From positions 744,001 through 808,000 of the forward strand of contig OZ281500.1 in the NCBI GenBank assembly GCA_965637545.1: a DNA stretch of 64,000 nt, given 5' to 3'. The notes under the pieces are model-generated. The model was not told the origin of the DNA. It did no database searches and saw only the letters and a program-made list of their open reading frames with translations. Shown here in pieces: positions 25,401-34,300 of the stretch (position 1 is the stretch's first letter; every line of letters starts with the position of its first letter). The translations under genes and the position numbers were made by a program. The DNA is from Phallusia mammillata. Taxonomy: Eukaryota.

Positions 25401-28400
25401 TACATCGTGGCTACAGATGCCACGAGCTTTAGTTGTGAAAAGTTCCCTTTAATTCTGGTTTCCTGAAAACCAATTCCTGAAGTAAACTCGGCTAATCCGT
25501 TTTCTAATACATATGTCAATTGTCGGATCAATTGGTGTCTGGAAAGTAAACGGACGGCCAAGTGTTTTAATGAAACAACTGAAGTATTTACACAAAATAC
25601 ACCGGGACAGATGCCACGAGCTTGAGTTGTGAACAGTTGCCTTTAATTGTGGTTGCCGTGGTGGAAAAAATATCCCTGAATAAAATCTGCTAACCCATTT
25701 TCTAGTATAGCCTATATGTCACTTTTCGCATTAATTGGAGTCTGGAAAATGAAGTGCCACTTGATAAACATGAAGTATTTTTCTCACGTAGACAACACGA
25801 GATCCTGAACTTTGGGAAGAACCAGAAGAATTCCGTCCGGAGCGCTTCCTCCAAGAGTCGGAGGATGGAGAAGAGGGAAGTCGGTTGTCCGGAGAAGCTG
25901 TTTCCAACTTAATCGTGTGGGGGACTGGACCACGCAAGTGTCTGGGGTACGAGTTGTCACGGAATCAGCTCTTCATATTTGTTTGTAACCTGGTTCGACG
26001 CTGCAACATCGCACAATCCAGACCCGGGGTGGAACCAGTTTATCCGTGGCCAGTAACATTCGGACTTACAATAAAACCGACCGAGTTTAAAGTGAAGATC
26101 ACTGAGCGATAGACGGCGGTAAAATGTGCCTATTCACTCTGGAATTACTGCGTCATGCTATACGTAACACAAGTATTGGCGTGCGAAAGTGAAGTCAGCA
26201 GTCTTTCCTTAATTGATGTCCGTATTATAGGTAACACAAACCGGTTGGACCTCCGTTGTTGGGCTCGAAATTTTAACACAATGCACAATGCCTAAAACTT
26301 TGTTGTTGTAACTGACAGAACTTATAAGCGTCGTTGAGTATTTTTTCTTGTGTATTCGCAGAGGTGTTGTCCGTAGTTTTATTCGTTTCCAAATCCCTCA
26401 AAGTCTCCACTTTGCTCGAATTTTGCTTTTCATCCGTGTTCTTCATATCGATAATACCGACAACACATAGAAGGGGCACACTTCCTTCGCCTATACAACC
26501 TTCTCTCAGCCACTTCTGCTGTAAGAGAATTCTAACAGCTAATGAATAGGCTGGTTGACAACTGCGTTTCCGTTTCAACAAATACGTTTCCTCTGTTTGT
26601 ATTGATGACTTGCTTGGAGTTGTGGTAAACTGTGTTTGCATGCCAGCGTAGTTTGTTTCGTCTGCTTGAGAACACAGTGTTGTAGCTGGGATAATATTAT
26701 TAATTTCTCTGTTTTTTGTATCTATGCCTGTTTCGTGCTTGATCGTGTTGCAATTAACAGTGTTTTGTGTCGTTGTTCCTCAGAGAATAAAACTTATGTG
26801 TGTACCTAAACCGAACACAGGGAAATTGTTTCTTTTACGGGCCGATATTTAAGCGCCAATCGCTTACTACCACGTATCCAAATCTTTAGCGCCACCCTTC
26901 GACGGGCAAGTACATGCTGTCTCCATGGTAACGGCAGCTAAACATGTGACTCGCAAGGGCATGGTTGTCATTGGCTGAATAAACTTTGTAAGTGTTTCGC
27001 AGTGGAGTGTTTGGTTTGATGGCATGGAGAAGCCGACGCTGACATGGCGAACCATTAGTCGAACACACAAACCCGAATATACAATAACCGCAGAATAAAC
27101 GCGATCAGCCCCGAAGCCACTGAGGTCAGATAATCATCATCGTGTGGCAAAGAGAAAAAAACGAAATCTGCTGACCGAGTTTTCGTGGAAAGTAAAATCT
27201 GATGATATCAGGTTAAGTTAACTAATCCCACAAATAAAACGTCGCCAGAGCAACAGTCGAACAAGCAGCAGTAATCTACAAACACACGAGGCTGCATTTA
27301 ACGTCGGAAACTTATTAAGTTGCGCTTGGCGATCAACAGTGACAAGGAAGATAAAAAATGTCTTCGTTTGCTTGACAAAGTAGGTAAATCAAAGTCCATT
27401 CATACCCGATATTTTCAGACGTCGATCTAACTTCCTATTCTCTAATGATTCGGTTTTCGCGAGAAACTTTTAACATGCAACGATTGTTAAAATGTTGCTC
27501 CGGTTCGCCATGCTACATGGTATTGACTAATAGATTTGACAGAATTATTTAAATGTTCAGTTTACCTTCTGTACCATTAACCATGCATCAGCGTAGCTCG
27601 GGTCGATAATCAGGCTGCTCACATTGGCAATCACGTCAGTGAACTCTTTCACGCCCTCCAGTGACGTGTTTGCAATGGGATTTAGCTTCATGACGGTCTG
27701 ATACAAAACAAACGAATTTTAGTTGTTTTTCATCCAACCTTACACATATAAGCTATTGCTGCCAGGCATAGTATCAAGGTTAAAGAGCTCTTCTGGCAAA
27801 TGTGATTTTATTCCGACACATGATGTACTGGTCTTGAACTACAAAGCCATGTTGGATGCAAACGTTTTCATTGGTTCTGAAACACTAATGGTATCACTAG
27901 CAAACACATCACTCCGACCTTATACGAGAAATGCCAAATTTGGTATGTTTTCTGGCGGTGTGTTCAAATACAATGCTTTTGCATGGGAAGATGGTATTGG
28001 TTTACGGTTACCATGACATTTACATCACGACACAAAGATTCCTGAAACAAGGTCTAGGTGAAACTTTAATGAGGTACGAGGACGGCTTTGGACTCACCAG
28101 TATCGATTCTCCGGCAATTTCAAGCTCACTCGGAAGAATAGCGGCTATTCCAGCAGTGATTTCACTCCCTGACCCTGGTTCTTCGGCTGGTTGAACCAAC
28201 TCTGCAACATTTCCGAGCGCTGTACTCGCTTCGGCTACGTTAATTTCCGTGAGATTTTTCAGTCGGTTGACCTAAACAAAAATTTTAAGTTGCCATGTTG
28301 ACTGAAAGCAGACACATGTAAGTCCTTAAATTTAAACTAGCACCACATTTCCCAGTAACAACATATTCAAAGCAAGTATGTTAAAATACACTTTTTTGTT

Positions 28401-31320
28401 CTTTTTTGCACATACCATAAGCCTCGGGTAATCTGGGCCCGTTTGGACCAAAAAATTGTCCCGAATAGGCGAAGATCCGAATTAACCGATGTTGATTAAA
28501 TTAAATCTTTGTACTTCAAATTTTGTCTAAATTAAGAGATTCGGATTTGCCAAATCCATAAAGCCTATGTTGAACACACGCGAGTATTTTGTTTCACCTC
28601 TTCTTCCATCTGCCTGTACTTGGCCGACTTCCTTTCGAAGTAATCCCAACCTACTCCGCCGTAAGGGTCATCGGGCACTGTGCCAGGCTGGTTGTAGAAC
28701 GCTGGGGGAGCGGTGCCGCGCGCCTTCTCGTAGACTGAGCAAGCCCTGGCCTCAACGCTGTAGCAAAAACTGCGGCAGTAAATAGTCTTTTCCTCCAGAC
28801 AATTCTGCACGCATTCCTCCATCGAGATTTGCGTCCAAAAGAAGTTGTACTCGTCTGCAGGACAAGAAAGAACGTGAGGAGATAACTCTTTGGGGGATGG
28901 CGCCATGACACACTTAAACTGCCACAATAGCGGAGTTCTTTTATGCTGCGCTGTGCTCGAAAACGCGTCAGGGCTACAGGTTTGTTTCGATTGAGGTTAC
29001 AATGTACATGCATGAAACGTTTCAGAACATTATGCTTTACTCTTTAGACAAGCACACAACCAAGCATCCACATATATACTTATAAACTTAGCTGTTGTTA
29101 TCCAGGCTTGGTTACAAAGTTTAGGCCACAACGAATGCTGTAGTGAAATATAAACTTCAACTTACCCATTTTCATTCCACGGACGCGGACGAAATCACGT
29201 TCAACTAAAATTAAAATAAAATGAAAGTTAAACTTCTGGTAACAGTAGATAAAATATTTAACAGCTGCGGCAATATGCGTGCAATATGTATATATGTAAA
29301 TATATATTTGTTAGATACTTTAGACCAGTGGTTCTCAACTGGTGGTCAATGGACACTAGTGGTCCATGATGACTTTTTGGGTGGTCCACAGGACGTCCGC
29401 TAAATTTGTTGATAAACTAGAGATGATAGCATATTATATATTAAGAGAGCATTAAAATGTTACCTGTTTATCATTGTATTTTACTTCTTGAAAATCGGTT
29501 TTAAAGAATCATGTTTCAAGCCCAAAAGGATTGTTTCGTATGCGTACTTCAATCTTGATCCAAAAGAAATGTCCACGATATTATTTTTATTGAGCCAGTG
29601 GTCCATGGCCTAAAACTAGTTGAGAACCACTGCTTTAGACATTGGCAAAAATCAAAACGTTGGCTTCCCACTCGGACTTAATTATGTCGTAATATTATTT
29701 AAAAAACTTTCGGATTAAATTTCGACCCTCTCCCCCTCAAGGTTTCTTTCGGAAGCAAATGCCCTAAAATCTAGACTCAAAAATATCGATTGAAGTTTTT
29801 GCAAATGATGCCTAAAGGATATCTCAAAATTAACGAACAGCGCTTGATAAACGACAAACCAGAAGAAATTGTTGGAAAATAAATACGAAAAACAGTGTTG
29901 TGTTTCAGTGTGATGAGCACGAGGTATTGCGAAAGGTCGTCGCCAGACAACATTGAACTGCACGGCTGGATTTAAGCTAACTTTCTAAGGCCTACTTTGT
30001 GGCTGTCATTCGCGACGAAACAGCGCCCTTGTTTGAAGTTGTCTGGACCGCGTCTGCGGCGACGACACTGTCCCTACGCCAGCGGTTCCCAACCTATTTG
30101 TTGCCGTGACCCCTTAAGAACATTTGCAGTGACCTCAAGGATAAAATTAGTGGGGCATACATTATAATTTTTATAGCTATATATTAAAGATCCACCCCAA
30201 CTTTAAGTACTCGTTTAGATACTAATTAACAAACAATCGCTGGATTGAATAAGTGCGGTTATTTTGTATTCTATTTGTTAAACACATTTTTGACTTACCG
30301 TGTTTGTTTACTGTATTTTTTCTTAACAATGAAGTTGTCCAAAAGTTTATTTTTTAGGGGGCTATAGTCGTCCATGGCCTAAAATGAGTCGGGAACCACT
30401 GACTTAAGTGACCCAGGTAAATTGTCAGGCGATCCCAGTTGGGGACCGCTGCCCAACGCGATTAAATATACAAACACGAAGCTGAAAACGAAAATGCAAT
30501 CTGCAAAACTATTTCGGTTCTGGTAAACCCAAGCAGCATGGCTCAGTCTAGTCTATGGTTTATACGAGAAACATTTTTCGGTATATGCGACAATTACCTC
30601 ACCACAAATCCTGGTAATTGACAAACGTTTGAAACAAATATTGTACATTTTGGCTTTACAAGTGATTTTATAAATCTTTGCTTTATAAAATTTTATTATT
30701 GGGGCTTAATACAGTGTTCAATTTTGGTTTTGCTACCTTTTCGAGCAAATTCAGTTTTAACAAACATCTAAAATCGAAAACAAACTTTACAGGGCAAAAA
30801 AAATCAGAGTCAGTATATTTGTGTAAAACATGACTACGTTTCGACAAGTGCTATTGTCATCATCAGGTCATAAGAAATACAAGCGACAGAAGGCATGCAA
30901 CTGGGTGCCACACAACGGTTTACACAAATATAATGGCTCTGATTTTTTGCTCTGATTATTTAAAACCGTGAATAGTGTACCTAAACTTTACAGAGATTTT
31001 ACCAATCTTAAAAATTTTGACAAAATTGTTTAACCCACTTTTCTTGAGAATCGAACTGTCGTCTGATCCGCTCATTCCAGCAAATCCAAAAAGAAATATC
31101 TGAGACAATAATTAAATGTAAATCATGACATAATTCCTGATGACACAAAATTATGACAACACATCGACAGTAACACGCATTTAAATCAGAGTTTGACATA
31201 AAAATAAATTCTCATAATTAAATCGTTAAATATCAACGTTGTCAACTGAATAAAAATTTAACAACTCACCAGCAAAAGATAGTGGGGATTACAAATCCTT
31301 AGCTGCATGTCGTTTGTCAT
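7408..31320 (-). CDS. Adhesion GPCR with N-terminal PAN/Apple domain, GAIN/GPS and ADGRD1-like 7TM; 18 exons, about 1016 aa
   Basis: Exons 31320-31270, 31099-31039, 28854-28598, 28271-28098, 27697-27566, 15375-15246, 15057-14824, 14610-14466, 14220-13966, 13158-13047, 12602-12472, 11979-11807, 10604-10457, 9988-9833, 9387-9219, 9160-8954, 8517-8278, 7683-7408; all GT-AG and phase-compatible (3051 nt). Signal peptide (HYLLLIFLFGFAGMSG); PAN (EECVQNC..CRSFCY..C..WDYFER); GPS (CVYW..GSWSTRGC..CNCSHL/TSFAVLIQ); 7TM motifs IHFNL, WMLIEGIHLY, GWGAP, CWLS..IWAF, LLGTTWLFG, NSLQGFFLFVFHCLCNSEV; C-terminal ETPV. The 7TM exons are the firmest part; exons 1-2 are less certain. Confidence 0.88.
7851..8061. 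mobile_element. hAT-type MITE
   Basis: Ends CAGGGGTCGGC...GCCGACAACTG, flanked by near-identical 8-mers ctttacag / ccttacag. Confidence 0.7.
8569..8836 (+). repeat. About 2.5 tandem copies of a 102-109 bp repeat in aGPCR intron 16
   Basis: ggaccactgt..acattagatgt..cacacaccagt recurs at 8577, 8679 and 8788; same family at 22921-23070 (reverse) and 57430-57525. Confidence 0.85.
10930..10966 (+). ncRNA. Minimal type I hammerhead ribozyme-like motif (probably inactive, GUG at the cleavage position)
   Basis: tgca-CTGATGA-GGCCttaaaGGTC-GAAA-cagtg-tgca: intact core, 4-bp stem II, 4-bp stem I. Confidence 0.5.
11345..11375 (-). mobile_element. tRNA-derived SINE relic (B-box/T-arm)
   Basis: Minus strand GAGGG-TTCGAAT-CCCGC T-arm with B-box GGTTCGAATCC; no intact A-box or cloverleaf upstream. 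Confidence 0.45.
12710..12979 (+). repeat. Diverged tandem duplication (about 149 bp) of a tRNA-derived element
   Basis: Units start cattagggctgtagatgcg (12710) and cataagggctgtggatgcg (12859); unit 1 carries ttaatagtcttttgttctcGAGTTCGATTCC, similar to the tRNA-like relic at 54798-54870. Confidence 0.6.
16390..17412. promoter_or_regulatory. Cluster of ten xenobiotic-response-element heptamers (TNGCGTG/CACGCNA) upstream of CYP1
   Basis: Hand-counted sites at 16390, 16606, 16961, 17036, 17106, 17120, 17308, 17363, 17384, 17406; one more at 19110. Confidence 0.65.
16824..17001 (+). promoter_or_regulatory. Putative CYP1 TATA box and non-coding exon 1
   Basis: TATAAATA at 16824-16831, donor CG/GTAAGC at 17002, and acceptor ttcttattccag/ at 19942, 32 nt before the CYP1 ATG. 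Confidence 0.45.
19974..26112 (+). CDS. CYP1: Cytochrome P450 family 1-like, 8 coding exons, about 586 aa, nested antisense in aGPCR intron 5
   Basis: Exons 19974-20118, 20378-20570, 21045-21146, 21621-21774, 23401-23613, 24360-24776, 25094-25309, 25792-26112 in frame (1761 nt; exon 7 acceptor is weak). N-terminal TM anchor, PSPRGIPLLGN, GDFAGRP, I-helix GAGYDT (CYP1-type), EVLR, PERF, heme motif WGTGPRKCLG. Subfamily not assignable. Confidence 0.93.
20690..20866. mobile_element. hAT-type MITE, same family as 36169-36339
   Basis: TIRs CAGTGGCGGATT...AATCCCACCACTG; 8-bp flanks ataatacc / ataatact; body closely similar to the 36169 copy. Confidence 0.88.
21872..22048 (+). mobile_element. Inverted-repeat-flanked element carrying a minimal hammerhead motif (family 1)
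   Basis: cc-CTGATGA-a-GACGaCCTgtatAGGaCGTC-GAAA-tGTC/gg (core 21945-21980); left arm gtttgtagagcttttccggcaat (21872-21894) is the imperfect reverse complement of the right arm attgccagaagagctctatacac, which continues ttgatattatgcctggcagcaacagcttata. Confidence 0.68.
22921..23070 (-). repeat. Reverse-strand copy (about 1.3 units) of the ~110-bp repeat family
   Basis: acagtggccc recurs at 22936 and 23050 (period 114); reverse complement matches the 8569-8836 units. Confidence 0.8.
25396..25782 (+). repeat. Diverged tandem duplication (about 194 bp) at the 3' end of CYP1 intron 7
   Basis: acagatgccacgagctt at 25413 and 25607; both units share tggagtctggaaa-like and tgaagtattt ends; unit 2 runs into the exon 8 acceptor. 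Confidence 0.8.
26919..26932. promoter_or_regulatory. RFX X-box motif
   Basis: GTCTCCATGGTAAC fits the 14-bp X-box consensus GTHNYY-AT-RRNAAC; CCAAT-type motifs at about 26857 and 26970. Confidence 0.45.
27747..27818 (-). mobile_element. Truncated end of the family 1 hammerhead element
   Basis: tataagctattgctgccaggcatagtatcaaggttaaagagctcttctggcaaa is the reverse complement of the arm at 21995-22048; followed by ttttattccgaca, the complement of the post-core segment tgtcggaataaaa. Confidence 0.75.
29326..29632. mobile_element. hAT (Buster/Charlie-like) MITE
   Basis: TIRs CAGTGGTTCTCAACT...AGTTGAGAACCACTG; perfect 8-bp TSD ctttagac. Confidence 0.92.
30080..30451. mobile_element. hAT-type MITE containing an internal end of a second MITE
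   Basis: TIRs CAGCGGTTCCCAAC...GTTGGGGACCGCTG; flanks ccctacgc / cccaacgc; internal gtccatggcctaaaatgagtcgggaaccactg (ending 30401) resembles the right end of the 29326 element. Confidence 0.75.
30794..30950 (-). mobile_element. Inverted-repeat-flanked element carrying a minimal hammerhead motif (family 2)
   Basis: Minus strand atgac-CTGATGA-t-GACAAtagcacTTGTC-GAAA-CGTA/gtcat (30871-30830) with perfect 5-bp stems I and II; arms 30794-30827 and 30919-30950 are imperfect inverted repeats unrelated to family 1. Confidence 0.7.
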
Positions 31321-34300
31321 GTCACTCACAAATTGTTTTTCTTTACAATTTAATAATTACAGTATTTTTACATTCATGCTCAGCACACGACAATTTCAAA
31401 AGTTTCGACAAATTTATCCGTATTTCTGGCCGACTACCATGATGGAAAAAACATCTTTGTCGCGCTGATCCGGTTCTAAAAAATAAAAAAAAACATTTTC
31501 TTGCCAATAAATATTCGAACAAAATGTTAACATAAAATCAAGGTGTGTTCTACGCTGAAATTATAGTACGCCAGGTCCATTTAAGGCGTTATGTCGAATC
31601 AGCACTGAAATTGAATGTAATTGGAACTCTAGTTGACTTTCTATGACAAGTCGCAACCAAAGCTTGACCAGTAAGTTGTTTACGAACTTCCTAAACCTCA
31701 GTATTACAGCATATCCGGAACACAAAAAGCTGACGGGATTCCCAAACACAACTCGACCCTGACTCATAAGCCGAGTTGGTTTAAGCTTCACCAGGACAAG
31801 ATGTTCCAGCGAAGCCCGAAACCTCCACGGGCAGATCGAAATAGAAGCGATCAACAAGGAATTGTTACCGAGCGAAATAAACAAACTTCGTCATTTTTTG
31901 TGCGCCCCTCCGTCGCAGGATGGCCAGTTTAAACAAAAAACTTTCGCACAATGCCGCGCTCTCGCAACAACCCCGGCCCTTTCCCCCTCAAAAGGGGAGG
32001 GAACCGCCATCGCTACAGTTCGCGACGTTTCTGAAAACAAACGAAATTCGCGAGAGTTCCAGCTCTTGTTTCTGCCTCTCAAGGACACTCAAGGTCGTGT
32101 CTCCAGTGGGGGAAAACTGCTTCGCGATACTTGCCCAGTAACTTATCGTCAATTAAGACCCGAACTCGAAGGAAATCACGCTCTAAACGCGTGCACAGCC
32201 ACTACTGCTCTCCTGCCTGCTTGGCGAGTTAAGTAGATGCTCATGCGTTGAAAGTCGTTCTGTCAACAGGCCAACATTTTCGGCCAGTTCCATTCAAACA
32301 TTTCTTTTTGTGAGCGAATAAACAAAGCGGACATCACAAACAATTCCCGATTTGCGTCATTGTTGCCATTGGTGATCGTGTTTCGTCAGTAGTTTATTTG
32401 CGCACTTAATTCTCAACAAGTGACTTGTAAAATACTTGATTGAGCGCCAAATAAATGGACGGAAGTTGGATTACTACTACTGATTAGATTCCGCACTTGT
32501 CACACAAACAAACTGCTTTAACTGTTTTTCGTGTGTTAACTGTGTGTTTTTGTAGCTGTTTAAACCTTTTTGGGCATCTATCGCAAAAAGCGTATTTTTT
32601 ATGTATTTCTGTTATTGACTACAATCCAATCTCAGCCTTCACCTAGCGGAAACCGCTTCAACAAGTTGACTCGCATGGAGCGCTAAAGCGTAGGAACTAC
32701 GGGGAAAATGTGCGCCCTTTATGTGAAACATATTCACCCATATAATTGTCACACTTGTTACATGTTGTCGGCGTTAAAACAACGATATTGCGTGCTGTTT
32801 TCACAACAAATGTCAAGGCTGTAGTGACGCACCGAATCCGTCTCTAATAAGGATCGAATCAGGTCGAAAATGCAGTGACCTTACAGATGAATGTTCTGAA
32901 CTGAACCTTGCGTTGTTAATGCAGGCGAACCCATTTATGATGCTCCAAAGCGTGATCGTGCTTGTTAAGTGTAACAATTAGTTAATTTATGAACCTTTAA
33001 ATAGGCGGCATTGAAAGTTTGGTCATTATTTCATACACTCAAAAAGTCGGCGAAACGGCTTATTCGGCTGAAGTGTTTCGGCCAAGCAAAACTTTAGTGC
33101 ATCACTAATTAAAACTACCAACCTTTTAAAACAGCTTTTGTGCCAAAATGTTTTAATTGCATTCGACTCGCATAAAATAATTAACTACAAAACTAACCCA
33201 CCACCATTAAATGAAACTAAACTGTCTGCAACTGTCGCAATAAATAACTGCGTCCAAAAGTGTTACATATTCGCCGTAATGTTCACCTCACTTCCAATTC
33301 AACCTTACAACAAACAAATACAGAAAAAGTCTTCAAACCTTCCTATCAAAACAAAAACCAGCTTTCCTGAACACAACATTAATCGTGGCCACAAGCAAGC
33401 AAATGCAATGCAGAGCAAAGCGAGGAAAAAGCGCGGATTGTAACAGAAGTTGTGCCTCGGGAAAACAGCTGGGCAAAAAGCGTGGAAAACCTACAACGCC
33501 TCCAGCCTGGCGCTTGGAATGTGCAACAATGCGGGGATATATCGTAGAGTTTATAATCGGTTGTTCACAAACGTAGAAACAACTATTCCGTTGGTATTTG
33601 TATATCGTTCTCTAAAGTCATTCTATGTTACGTCGCTGTACCGAAATATAAAAAACGTTTCTCCGCGGGCCTGGTAGCTGGGAGCAGTTGCGACTGTTAT
33701 ATCTACGCTGCTTGTTTTTTATTCTTTTTTGTCTAATTTATTACATTTTCAAGTTGGAGTTTGACATTGACATTTGGTTATTGCAGCAGAAACCAAGATG
33801 AGAGGTATTAAAAAGGCAGCTATTAAAGAGGCAGTTAAAACTAAAAAACAGAATTTTTGTGTGAATCTTTGTTGTTCTGAATCGCAACCGAAGATCACAA
33901 TCAATGACTAATCTCAGGACTGTACATTTTGTGTTTGTTTTTTTGATTTTGATTTATAAATCCAACAAGAGTGATCAAAGCTCGCTACAATCAAAATGAA
34001 CAAACTAGATTTTGCAGAATGGGCTATACTTTTCAATGAGGTTTTGGAAATAAAATCGGAATTAAAAAAAAACGTTACAAAGCGTGCCTCGGGTTAGAAA
34101 TCATATGTGATTTTCTATAGAAATGGTAGAAAATAATAGAAAACGTGAAATATTAAAAACGTCCACTTGACGGCGGTGCGGTGCTACACGAATCGTTTTT
34201 ACGACTGTGTTGATTTGGCAAAACATTTAAAACGAACTTAAATACAGTATTGCGAATTAAAAAACATTTAGTACTTACATTACGTGTTTGATAACTCAAC

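Noticed and set aside
30520-30600. KQHGSV..FRYM resembling reverse-transcriptase motifs next to the family 2 hammerhead
   Set aside because: In-frame stop, wrong motif spacing and no YxDD.
32822-33107. TAGTGACGCACCGA...TTAGTGCATCACTA possible TIR pair
   Set aside because: Plausible old hAT MITE but no target-site duplication could be matched.
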